A stretch of DNA of 61,490 nucleotides, the filler included, from Asterionella formosa (taxonomy: Eukaryota): the NCBI GenBank assembly GCA_002256025.1. It is 19 parts of 19 records of this genome, joined end to end, with 100 filler letters (N's around TTAATTAATTAA, not from the genome) between each part and the next. Parts side by side here need not be neighbours in the genome. Positions count along the whole stretch, not along the records: positions 45,421 to 48,556 come from NKIB01014445.1; positions 48,657 to 51,791 come from NKIB01014446.1; positions 51,892 to 55,026 come from NKIB01014447.1; positions 55,127 to 58,259 come from NKIB01014449.1; 15 more parts are not named here. One strand, given 5' to 3'. Both the position numbers and the translations under genes were made by a program. Under the pieces are notes generated by a model. It was not told the DNA's origin, did not search any database, and saw only the letters and a list, made by a program, of their open reading frames with translations. Shown here piece after piece: positions 46,410-58,122 of the stretch (within the stretch, counting starts at the first letter, position 1; every line of letters starts with the position of its first letter).

Positions 46410-47408
46410 TTATAAGTCCGTCTCGTAGACATCTTCATCAAAATAAACTTCCACTAGATCGTCATCTTCACCATCATCGTCATAATCCATTTGATATTGC
46501 AAGTCATCTTGCTCTGTTAAGCTGCTAGTATCATCATCTCTTTTCGTTTTCCTTGCCATGATATTCTTAATCAATTTTCTTATCCAATGAACTTGACGTA
46601 AAACTCTCACGGCCAACACACCCTTCATATTGCGATAAAACAAAAGGTACTTGGGCACATAACGAATAATCAACCGTAACAGTCGATTGGCCCCTACGCC
46701 GGCATGCTTAGTATGTTTTGCAACTTGACCAAAGAGTCTGAAATGACGGCCACGAAGAACTCTGGTGACCCGAACGACTGCGCGAGTTCTGAAAAAGGAC
46801 TTTGCGAAGAAGCCCCGCCTCTTTTGTGCGTCAAAGAGAGGCTGGACGTAAAGTGTCTCCCACGGCAATAAGGAGAGGGCATCAACCACAAACCAAGTGG
46901 TCAGATAACGAGCCCACACCGCCTTGTATGTTCGTCCCAATGTGGACTTGTGCTCCGTTACAAAATTCAACAATATATCAACAAAGAACCATATCTCCGT
47001 CAGACCGTGCAAAGAAAATTTTCTGTCTTTGATATTGAGGTGTGTGTGATAGGCAGAAAGAAGAGAAAGCAATATGGTACAGACGTCCCAGGCAATCTTG
47101 CCAGGGTGATCAGAGGGAATGAGGTAGGGATTCCTACGCCTGTCCTTCTTAGGTCTTCGTCGCTGTGTCAACGCACCGATGGCGACAGGGCCCTTCGAGA
47201 CACTGACTGTTCTGAACGTTTCGTCGAAACAATCATTGCTATTAGAACGAGGTGCAAATTTTGACGAACTTGATCCCCCCGAATAGCTACGCCGCCTCCG
47301 TCTGAAAGTGGTTTTACTTTGTGCCTCTTCCTTCTGTTTGAGAAGGGCATCCCACGAATTGGCTTCGTCGGCTAGCGACTCCAAGGACACAGGTCGTTCC
47401 AAAACCAT
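46410..47408 (-). CDS. Stand-alone voltage-sensor-like protein of the KCNH/CNG (CNBD-channel) type, with no pore or CNBD
   Basis: S1 (KIAWDVCTILL), S2 (FFVDILLNFVT), S2-S3 (ARYLTTWFVVDALSLLPWE), Arg-rich S4-like segments, an acidic tail and a stop well inside the contig. Likely start ATG 47408; the longer ORF start at 47717 is GTGAGT, a probable 5' intron donor. Confidence 0.75.
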   Translation of the reverse strand: MVLERPVSLESLADEANSWDALLKQKEEAQSKTTFRRRRRSYSGGSSSSKFAPRSNSNDCFDETFRTVSVSKGPVAIGALTQRRRPKKDRRRNPYLIPSDHPGKIAWDVCTILLSLLSAYHTHLNIKDRKFSLHGLTEIWFFVDILLNFVTEHKSTLGRTYKAVWARYLTTWFVVDALSLLPWETLYVQPLFDAQKRRGFFAKSFFRTRAVVRVTRVLRGRHFRLFGQVAKHTKHAGVGANRLLRLIIRYVPKYLLFYRNMKGVLAVRVLRQVHWIRKLIKNIMARKTKRDDDTSSLTEQDDLQYQMDYDDDGEDDDLVEVYFDEDVYETDL

Positions 47409-49779
47409 TGACGCTGCTGGTGGCACTTTTGCACAAAATCTGCTTACCCAGTAAATTAAATCATGAAGTGTTATAATGTCAGAATTGAGATGTCGGACGA
47501 AAAACACGAACAAACTCAGGGAGAGCTGCATTGACCACAAGTAAGGATGACGCAATGAGGGGAATGATTCATAACGAATCATGTAAAATATAAGGGTCGG
47601 GATAACCAATACCAAAATTCTCTGTAGAAATCTGTAGAAGTTGAATTGCGCGCTGTCCGGAAATGGAATGCTCGTGAACACAGCCAGCAAGGGAGCAAGA
47701 GGAACCATTCTACTCACCGTATGATTGATTTAATCCCTCAATGATTGCAATGAAATGAAGAAACTAAAGAAGAATGAAAGGAGTTGTCATAAGCGTAGGG
47801 CCGATGACAATGATTGCTTGACACTTCAAATGCCAAATCAATCTCGCGTTGATCTGTTACAGCACGTTGAGACTACCAGTGCTGCTCGCGATTAAGTCCG
47901 ATGCTGCAGAAATGTGCTGAGTAGTGCTCTTATGTGCTGAGTACGGTAGTGCTCTTATGTGCTAAATTCTTTTTTAAAAAGAAATTCTGTGATGATGGGG
48001 CTATTGTTAATATCTCTGAACACACCAATATACAATGTGCACGTATCGCTCAGGTTCCACCTGATACATATTGTACCTGATATTCTATATACCAGGTACC
48101 AGGTACCAACAGACAACATTAATGTATTACCGGGAGGTTGCGATGAATGAGAGGAACCGTCTTTTACGGCAAGTCTACCTGGTACCTGGCATGCAGTACC
48201 AGGTAGTTCCTACTGAATGCTACAGTACCGGTAGTGGTGGATACATTCCTTGTCCAGTAGTCAGTTTCTGGTACCAGTCAAAAACTGCTTAAGACCACTA
48301 TATTACCCCGTTTTTGGACTAAAAGTAGAAAAATGTTCAGCCGACCCCATTTAAAACCCTTTGAACAGAGGTCAACTAATGCATGCAAGAACTAGATAAA
48401 TGAATCATTTTAACAATTGGAAGGATATTTCTTGCGATATCCAACTTTTTAAGTCGTTCATTTTGCATTTTAGTGGTCTTAAGCCATTCATATATTTTTC
48501 ATCATGTATATATACTTTTTAATGGTAAACGGTTAGAAAATATTACCTCGTTTTCCNNNNNNNNNNNNNNNNNNNNNNNNNNNNNNNNNNNNNNNNNNNN
48601 TTAATTAATTAANNNNNNNNNNNNNNNNNNNNNNNNNNNNNNNNNNNNNNNNNNNNTTGGGCACAACGAGATTTCATGAGATCGACGGTCGTGATTGATG
48701 TATATTGCCCTTTCTTCCTGCTTTGTATCTCAAATGTCTGCCAATCCCTTGCGTGTCTGTTTGAGTTTTACATCATACAGTGGTAAGTACCCGGTATCTA
48801 TGGACGTACGGTATCTGTTCCATCGATATCAGAGCTAAACTAATAAATAGCAACCTGTTGCTTAGGATACCAACGATGCATTACGAGATACAGTACATAA
48901 TGCGGCTTAAGTACAAAAGTGGTTAGCAGCCATTTTTCTGAAGTTCGCCATCATTCACGCACGTGATGCTTACCTTGACAGTCACGGATCAATAGTAAGT
49001 ACCCGGAATTTCAGTGGTACTGGCATACTGCCAGCCAGCCATCCTACTACTACATATCATATGCAACCTGTCCCTTTGCTGCTATCAAATATTTGTAAAA
49101 GCCAACTTGTTTTTGCCTTGTTTCCCATAAGTTAAATTTCTTCTTTGAGTTTTACTGAAATTTTACTTGGTGAGCAATTCAAAAAACCAAAAGTACTTTA
49201 TGTTACTCCTTGCTTATTTTGGGAAAATTGTCCATTGAGATCCCCCTTGAGTACACCAGCAGCCAAATATATCTGTCTCCCTCTTGCTTTGTCTTGCTGA
49301 CTGTAGGTATGAATGATGCAAATAAATCATCCTTTGCAAATACTCCCTCTATCCAATAATGGTTGCATCAACAATGGGGACTGTGAAATCCATCCAAAAG
49401 GTCAAAGCAGGAGGTGTAGACAAGGTGGGTATCTTTCCAGGTGAATTGCTCACAACATGCAAGTTTGAGACCGCAAATGATGTTGATCATACTGCAGTTT
49501 TATTTGTCTAACTTCTAAAAGACTCTAAGGAGCACACAAAAAGACGAACAAACTAGCGAGGTTATGGAGTTGCAAATTTTAAAATGCTTGATGTATATTT
49601 CAAGATTGACATTGCTGTTAAGGAAGAAATTCTTGACTTAGATGATCAGTTGTATAATCACATTTCTACTGATGTGTTGATAAAATATAATTCAATAATA
49701 ATTATTCAACTCTAAACTACAAAGAATAGATGAAGAATCATTATTGACTTGTGCTAGTATGAACAATTGAAAAAGGTGG

Positions 49780-50170
49780 AACTCCTGCGATCCAATGCAG
49801 CCATTATGGATCAGGAGACGAAAACACCCTTACAAGCGCATCCTACTATTAACAGTGATCATTGATCTCTCTTTTTCAGGGCATTACAATTAGGTCAATG
49901 GGAATCTATGGAGGATGCCGATAACGGCCGATGTCGACGGTTTGACAGAGCGAGGAAGTGCAGGCAGCAATACATTCATTTGATCTCATGCAAGGAAATT
50001 AATTTATTCTTTTTAAGTTACAGGATTACTTGGAAGAGATTTTTTGTTAAATGGCGATGACAGCTATGATATACCGCATATTTGGAAAGCTGCTTTGGTA
50101 CGAGGGCAGGAATGTTACAACTGGATAGATTACAAGATAAAGAAGGAGCAATTGAGCTGTCCAGTCTGGA
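49780..50170 (+). mobile_element. Decayed mariner-like (plant DD39D-type) transposase C-terminus
   Basis: Frameshifted remnants DLSF(F)RALQLGQWE, DVDGL and NGDDSYDIPHIWKAAL match the DL.FFRA.QS.Q...GDN.Y.IPH.GK pattern of that family. Confidence 0.55.
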
Positions 50171-52194
50171 ATGATTGCTGGTTGCTTATTTAATGGTACA
50201 TACCAATCTTCATCTCTGGCTGCAGCTAGTAGAAAGGGAGCAAGATGGGAACTGAATGTGTTGATGCATTGTCATGATGCTGAGTAGATTCATTTGTTTG
50301 TTTTCAGCAGGCCACTCCCTCGCTTTGAGAATAGCTAGTAGGTAAACAACCAATATTAATAATCATGTCAGCATACATCAGCTTCTTACTGGTAGCAACA
50401 TAGTTTCCATGATGCCTGCTAGTCGATATATTTAATATCTTTGCGCTGCTATTTGGTGTGTACAAACAGCCAAATTAAAATTTTACCATCAAACACACAC
50501 ACACACACATGCCTCATATGTTTGGTTCGCCTTGTGGGAGCCTCTTCTCTATGAGCCACTGGCTCCCAGAGAATATATTCTCAATTTTTCTTCTGAGACA
50601 AATAATCATTTTTCATCTATAAAGACTTTGTCCTAGTAGCAATCGTAATACCTGAACATATCAGAATCGAAATCATTTTTGCGCAAGGACTTCTTGATCT
50701 GGATGGTTCAATTGCAAATCGTTAAAACACTACATAAAGCAACTAATCTTACACTACTCTGGAAGCTTTGGCTTGACCTCACCTTTTTTGTATGGATGTA
50801 TTACATTCTCTCTATTATCCTTAGTAGCAATCCAAAAACTGTGGATTTGGTAAGGGCAAGAGCAGCTGCTAATTTTCAATAAGTCGTATGTTGGCGATAT
50901 GGGATATCGCTAATTGCTGCAATTATGTCTTCACAATTTTATTTGAGAGGATGTCCAGTCATGAATTTGCGGGAAAGCTATACAAGCACATCAATATCAC
51001 CATTATAACAAGATTCTAGTGCGCAGTTGCAAATTCTTTGTATGGCTGTTTTATTTATTTTGAACCAGTCTGCCAAATTTTTAATGGTTCCAAACACTGC
51101 TGCTTAAATGAGCCAAGCAGCCATCTACTTTATCCTCCCTATCAACTCCTCTTTTGAGATTCTGCAGACCATAATCCAACACCAGGTGATGCTCTTCTAG
51201 TGTCAGATCATTGCTTCCTCATAAACTTTGTTGAGAAGAGTTGGTGGCAAGAAAAAGGGGGTCAGGCATCTCCATTTTTCTCAAAATGGGCAAAAGTGAA
51301 AATCAAAACAGCAGAAAAAAATTCTCATTAAATTTTATACATGAATGTGTAGCTGAGAGCCAGTCAGCCAGGCGCAAAATGGAGCAAATGAGCTGGAGAA
51401 AATCATAGGAGTGAGTAAAATGTCCCTGGAGAAAATTGAATTACCGGTATCAATGCAAATGTTTTTGGATCGAGGGAGTAGGTACCATAAATGGTATCTG
51501 ATGGTACCTGGTATCATTCTCTCTGTCACACATGCACTCTCTGTATTTATGTACAGCCCAACAACCTGGTAAGTGCCAGGTACAGTATCATATTAGTACG
51601 CAGGACTGTTGTAGATTCCTGACCGTCACTTAGAGCTAGACTACGTTCAGAACCAAGGTAGACTACAGGACCTTCCCCATGATGATGACAAGCAGCTTCG
51701 CAGGAGTGCATCATCGCTCGGTTGAGCTCGCCATCGTAACCAATGAACATCAAATGCTGGTACCGGAACCTGGTACCAGTATATCACACCCNNNNNNNNN
51801 NNNNNNNNNNNNNNNNNNNNNNNNNNNNNNNNNNNTTAATTAATTAANNNNNNNNNNNNNNNNNNNNNNNNNNNNNNNNNNNNNNNNNNNNGTACCAGGT
51901 ACCTTGTATACTTCATTGAGTGCCTCTATGTACATGCTGGTACATAGATCTCGCTACCTGTATGTATATGACCAGTAGTCTGCGGTACTGCTGGTACGCA
52001 CCATAAGATACCACTGGTACCAGGATTTTTAGGTACCTGGTGGTACCTGGTACCGGTTGAGCATTTAATCTACCTACCGGTACCGGTATGATAGTACTGG
52101 TACTGGTACTGTACCAACTTACCGATATGTATGCATTGGAGTCCTTACATCACAACATAAAATAAAACTAGTACTAAAACTATATTTAGCCATC

Positions 52195-52986
52195 ATGAAA
52201 ATTGGTTTTTCTCTCTCCCCAGGGGGTTTGATGCTTCCGTATCATGTCGGAGCTCTCGCTGCTTTAGAATACAACGGATTCTTGGACGAGTCTTCCCCAC
52301 TCGCTGGATCTTCGGCTGGGTCCATTGCTGTGGTGTCTCATGCTTGTGGAATCCGCCCAGAAGCCATTCTCGAAGCTACCATTCGAGTATCCGACATTTG
52401 TTCCGAGTCAGGAGGTGCCAGAGGACGCCTTCTGCCCCTTTTGAAGCAACAAATGAATGATCTGATTGACGACGATGCCTTTCAAAGATTCTGTCAACGT
52501 CCAGGACCCACAGGTGTAGCCTTTCGTCAAATATTTCCTACAGGAGTTAATTATTTGCAAACCTCCTTTCAAAACAAGGGAGATTTGATACAAGCGACTG
52601 GCTTTTCTTGTATGTTTCCTTTCTTTGCCACCAACTGGCCCTGTGCTCTTGATACTAGTACTACTAGTACGCCATTACAACGACTGCCTCGACTATTGGT
52701 GGATGGATACTTTACTGTCCCACAAAATCGGTTTGGTTGTCCAGAATTTGACATGGCACAAATACAGGTAGATCGGACTGTGGCAGTTGCAGTCTTTCCA
52801 AGTCAAGTAGTAGATATGGGTGCATTTGATGACAATGATATTATTAGTCCCAATAATTGCAACATTCCCCTTGGAGACTTTTTTCGAATTGCTACACAAT
52901 CCACATCACGCAAAGATTTGACTGCTGTCTATGAACAGGGATGGATGGATGCTGAGAATTGGTGTATACAAGAAGGAAAACGATGA
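52195..52986 (+). CDS. Patatin-like phospholipase
   Basis: FSLSPGGL..PYHVG (oxyanion region), GSSAG nucleophile and VDG catalytic Asp. Confidence 0.88.
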   Translation: MKIGFSLSPGGLMLPYHVGALAALEYNGFLDESSPLAGSSAGSIAVVSHACGIRPEAILEATIRVSDICSESGGARGRLLPLLKQQMNDLIDDDAFQRFCQRPGPTGVAFRQIFPTGVNYLQTSFQNKGDLIQATGFSCMFPFFATNWPCALDTSTTSTPLQRLPRLLVDGYFTVPQNRFGCPEFDMAQIQVDRTVAVAVFPSQVVDMGAFDDNDIISPNNCNIPLGDFFRIATQSTSRKDLTAVYEQGWMDAENWCIQEGKR

Positions 52987-53291
52987 AAATATTCAGAGAG
53001 AAAAGCAAAACTGATTGTTAAACATGCTATACATCATAATCATCATCATCATTAAATGAGCTTGATTGTGGAAAGCACTTTTCATCAGTGAGGATAACTG
53101 TAGCCTTACAAATCGTAACTGAATCAAAATCAAAGCACTTGTACTATCCAACATGATCGGTTGTTGAAGATAAGGTGATGCTGTATTTATTATTATTATT
53201 ATTATACAGCAGCGTGGACTACTGGTACCTTATTCAAAGCAGGATCAAGCTCCAATTCATTTCTTTTATCTCTTCCCCACCCCTCTCCATA

Positions 53292-54842
53292 TTACTCCAT
53301 GAACGTAATATCCCCCACAAGGAACGTGTGGCTAGGTAGAGTCCCCGCACAGGGGCTCAACAAGTGCAACATGTCAGTATCCATATTGACCTTTTCGACA
53401 ACACAAAAGCCAGCCACAGCCGACTCATACAAATCACTAGCCTTACCAGAGTCCATGTAGGATTGCACAGCTGCTGGATGACAGACGCCAATGAGATTAT
53501 GAACGAGCCCTTCCGAAATGTTGACTGGTGTCAACTGAACAGCTTCTGTGGACTGTTGCTGTCCCACGGGGAGGAGTGCATTTGACAATGACACCGACGA
53601 AAGTTTGTACAATGTCACATTCTTAAAGGGTACTTGCATTGCAAATGGAGTCAATTCTGGTAATTTGGCACCTGTGGTTGGACTTTTCATGTGCGTGCCA
53701 TAAAAGTATCGTTTGATGGCCAAACTCCTTGAGATTCGTCGAAAGGCTGCATCTCGTGACACAACCCCACCTGACCTAGGTAGCTTGATTATTTTCCCAG
53801 TCCAGTCCTCAATAGCTTTGAAATGACTTGTTAGCATACTGTACAATCTATCATGACCCATAATTAAAATCACGTCAATATCCAATTCATCCAATGTGTG
53901 TAAAATCATTTGGTATCCATCTGCTTGAATGTTTCCATTGGTATTTACAATAATCCCCGATGCATTCTCATCAACATTTTGTGCCAGGCGTTGATGAATC
54001 TTCCTTGCCATGGACGACACTTGTGCTTTGAATAATTCTGGATTGTCCAAGGTACCTGCCGAATACCAAAAAACTAATGGAGCAGCTGTCGAGGGGGGAA
54101 TACCTGTTGTACCGAATGTTTCTACCGTGAGAGCACTTGTGGATATGGGGGCCACAGCCAGTGTCCCTGGAACTGACAAGGCATTGTCCGATGGATCTAA
54201 ATCGACCCATAATGGTGTACGACCTAATTTCGTGGCTGACATGGTGTGTGTGTGTAGTTAGTATACTGAAAAGTCATTCAGTGTCATGTAATATCATGTC
54301 TCATTCGTCATTCATGGAAACAAAACAGCACACTCCCAAAATAAACCGACAATTCCTAGCAAAATCCAACTCAACTCACCATAGGCAATCAGCACCTTGG
54401 CCAGGGAACTTTTGCCACATTCCGGAGGTCCAACAATAAGTACTCTTGGACCTGCCCCTTCCTTGGCCAAAGCTTCATCTCGCAAAACTTCTAATTGCGC
54501 ATGCGTATTCACGTATGCCACATTGGCAGTGGTTTCATCCGACACGTACACCATGTCTTCTGCCGCCGCCGCATCATCATCATCCTGCTTCTCCACCTGC
54601 AACACGCATCCATGCCATGTAAACAAAGCCCATTTGAATCCCCCCGAAATGCAATACTCATGTCCGAGTGCTAATTCTAAACCCCACAGTTCACAAGAAC
54701 CCTTGAGCAATGTAATGGAACATTCTCTACTAGTATGTGGAACTTCCAAGCGAAGTTCTTCTTCGGCTTGTAATATGTGTCGTTTTCCTGACAAGGAGAC
54801 TGGAAGGTCCTTGTCGTTCATGGGCTTGATGGACGTTGTCAT
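53292..54842 (-). CDS. CLP1: CLP1 polynucleotide 5'-kinase / cleavage-polyadenylation factor, 2 exons
   Basis: EELRLEV, ALFTWHGC, YVN.H..LE..R, Walker A GPPECGKS, VDLDP, IVNT.G, LP.SGGVV.R and I..YFYG. An intron at 54379-54236 (GTGAGT..CAG) joins VLIAY-A-TKLGRTP. Confidence 0.93.
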
Positions 54843-54896
54843 TATATGGCTGGATTGAGATGTAGATAGTTGATGCTGCTAGATTGCTGCTGCTGT

Positions 54897-54922
54897 GGAT
54901 GGATGGATGGATGGATGGATGG
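54897..54922. repeat. (GGAT)n microsatellite upstream of CLP1
   Basis: About six GGAT units. Confidence 0.9.
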
Positions 54923-55429
54923 AAGCAATACGGAGACCAGATACTAAAGCAAGGTGGTTGTAACAATAAAATAATAATATATCATCTCGAGGAGAGATTG
55001 ATAAAAGTATAGGATGTGAAATCCCCNNNNNNNNNNNNNNNNNNNNNNNNNNNNNNNNNNNNNNNNNNNNTTAATTAATTAANNNNNNNNNNNNNNNNNN
55101 NNNNNNNNNNNNNNNNNNNNNNNNNNTACACAGAACAAATTCTAACTCTTAACCTAATAGCTGCACACTGGTGCATGCACTAAATCCTCAATCATAAATA
55201 TAACCGAGCCTTACTTTGCCTGGAATGCTCTGCCAGTTAAGTTCTGAAATGCGTTGAACTACCGGTAGTCAAAGATAGGAATAGAAGCGAAACACGCTGA
55301 AACCCTGCAGTAGCGCCAGGAGGTTTATTCGTGACATTTCAGAAACCCAGTGTACCTAGTACCAGAGTACCAGGTACCTGGTACCTATAATCGCAGCTTA
55401 TCATAGCTTGAAATACACAAGAGCCGAGA

Positions 55430-56930
55430 AGTACCAAATTTGGGGCAAAAAAATTTGATGTCCCAGAGGTTTGTTTTGCTTGACCACGGAAATTCTGACC
55501 CCAATTTGGTGCCAAATCAAGGCGAATGTTCCCCAATTGGTATTCAAACTTCTGGTGAGCAGATTTCTACATAAAGGTTATGATGATGTATTCAGTGACA
55601 TCACCTATAATACTCCCAATTGGTACCTCCAAATTGGTAGAGCCAAATCGGTATTTCCAAATGGGTGTCACCAAATTGGTAGTAAAAGCGTTCTATATAT
55701 GGTTTTTATAATAACATATATTATTGATCAAGTAAAGCTAATAGTGAAGCAAGTTGAGAGTGTACACTGAAAACTCTAAACCAACAACAACTAGACCAAC
55801 ATGTCAGCTCACTCAATTGAGCCAGCATCTCTCAGAAATACACAATTACATTTGTGTGGAAAACTCAATATCTAATATATATATTTAGTTGCGTTTGACC
55901 GCCATGGACCATGTAATATAGCAGTTAATGAATCAACTACTAGTCATTCTTAGTAAATGAATGCAGTATTTCTTGAGGGCCAAAAAATGGAACCATATTT
56001 TGATGTCAGAGACCGTAATTCACAGCAGGAATTGCATCGAAGGCGGCTACACTGGCTTGGCAAACAAAACTTCTATGGTCCAGTACAATTGCTTTGCAGA
56101 AGCTAAATCAGGCGGGAAAGGCAACTAATTCACTTGTACAATTACCTGCTACTATGACACTAAATGATTCACAGTCATTGGCATGACATACCTCATCAAT
56201 TTCTACCCTGACGACAAATTCAAGTTTAAAAATCCAACTCACAAAATGCAAGAGAGACTTTCTCACCCAAAAGGATAGCGTTGTGCTGCATTTGCTGTTG
56301 AAAAGGATGACATTATTGATCTGGTGTCAAAAGCTTAGCTAGGATGAATCCTTTGCCCAGCATATCGCTACAAACCAGAAAGCTGTCGTTGCTAAACAAG
56401 GTTGGGTCCATTGAACTACAACTTGGAGCTCCATCCGGAAATTCAACTGACAAGTATCGAATCTGCAAACAGAAGCAAACAAAAATCAACCAGTCTCTTT
56501 CATTCCCCCATCCAGACTAAACTTGAGCCAAGGCATCACTGGAACCCTTGTTGATCATGTCATACAGTATCGCAATCATGAAGATGCTAGAAACGGAATA
56601 AATCTGGACAAACTTGCCCGCCAACAAAAAGAAGCCGCAGCACTAAGGGCGATTGCAAGAAATATACGATACACAGCTGGTATTCATGTCGCTGCTGGCA
56701 GGTACTTCTTGTTTGGTCCTGAAGTGGTCGATGACCAGCTGAAAAGGAAGAGGCATGCGGAAGAAGTGCAAAGTGAGCGAGTAAATAAGAAAATAGATGC
56801 ACACATCATGGCGCTTGAAAACAAGGTTTATGTGATCATAACTCTAAACAAAAAGCCCACACGCAGAGTGGACAGTGGCACAAACGAAAACAATGGCAAC
56901 ATGGTACAAGCCAGCAGGCCATAGAAAAAT
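55430..56930 (+). mobile_element. Decayed pogo-like DNA transposon (subterminal CCAA(A/T)TT(T)GG repeats and transposase C-terminal remnants)
   Basis: Repeated CCAAATTGG/CCAATTTGG at 55433-55680. Remnants NQKAVVA..GW..LNYNL.LHPEI, LNLSQG..GTLVD, RYTAG..VAAGRY and TWYK. A similar WYK..GD tail lies at about 60120-60227. Confidence 0.5.
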
Positions 56931-57701
56931 GGGTCCTCATGCATCTGCATTTTGCTCGAGATTGCCATGAGTGAAAACCAAAAAAGCCCTAAAATGTTTT
57001 TTTGAAATGTAGTTGCCAATTTTAAATTTACTACGTATGCATTATATATTATACATGGATCTGTAGCTTAGAGCAAGTCGCAGAATTGGGAAATTGAGTC
57101 AGAGAAAATCGTGGGAGTCAAAATGGCCCCGGATAAATTTGAAAATCGATGCAACTGTTTCCGGACGGAGGCTCCAGTACCAGGTACCCTGAGGAGGGAC
57201 AAACCTTGTTCTGGAACACAAATCAAGTTGCAGTAAAGACTGAGAAAGTTTGTTTTGTTTTTCTCATACTACCGGTAGTAAAAACAGTCTTCAACCTCAA
57301 CTCCCCAAGCGGCCTCTGCCGTTTTGCCTAGGACTGCCTCTTCTACTCAACCTTAGAATTAGGAAAAGTTTGGGGTCGAATAAGGCCTATTCAGATCAAA
57401 CAACACAGTATTGTCTTTCAGTGGTTGAGTGAGCTTGATTTCGAAATCAGCACTGCTCCAACTGGTCTTTCATTTTTCACAGATATGCTTTTGATGTTAG
57501 CGGATTTGAGCAAAACAATGGTCAGTTTATTCTTTTCAATTGCCGGGGTATTTCTTTTTCAAGGGGTGTGAGAATCGGTGTTAATCCGTCGTTCACATCC
57601 AAGGCTACAGTTACCGGTACCTGATACCCTGGTACGACCGTTGGACGATAACGTTCGTATGACGATATCTACATGATCAAATCCGAACCGGTGTATCCCA
57701 G

Positions 57702-58122
57702 TGTTAAAGTATTACCTTTTGTATAGATCTATATCGTTAGACAAAGAAGACTATAGATAGAGATGTTCGTTTCTCTTTCCGTTTCTATATTCTTGTTGTG
57801 AGTTTACTAATCTAGTTTAGGTTGTTCTGTTTGAACAAAACAAACGAACTATTCTCCAAATGCTGTTTGCATTTCTAGGAACATACAATCATAGATAGAC
57901 CCATGTCTATCTCACACTTACTGATCATAGGTATTTAACCATGATCATTCATTTCAAACTATCGGTCTTCCGAAATAGCTTATATTGTCCGGCTCATCAT
58001 AGTCGGAGTAACAAAGTATAATGTGTGGTTGATGAGAGCTTGGTACATCAAAGTTGACTCATTCGAATCGTTTGACTCGTTTGACTCCGAGTCCTAACTA
58101 CGTAGATGAGCTCACTTTAACA
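57702..58122. mobile_element. Solo LTR (421 bp) with a 6-bp target-site duplication
   Basis: TCCCAG|TGTTAAAGT ... ACTTTAACA|TCCCAG: 9-bp terminal inverted repeat, TG..CA ends, TSD at 57696-57701 and 58123-58128. Confidence 0.85.

Noticed and set aside
47409..47717. Extra N-terminal TM segments on the voltage-sensor protein
   Set aside because: The ORF start coincides with a GTGAGT donor-like site and the pyrimidine-rich sequence looks intronic or UTR. Not excluded without cDNA.
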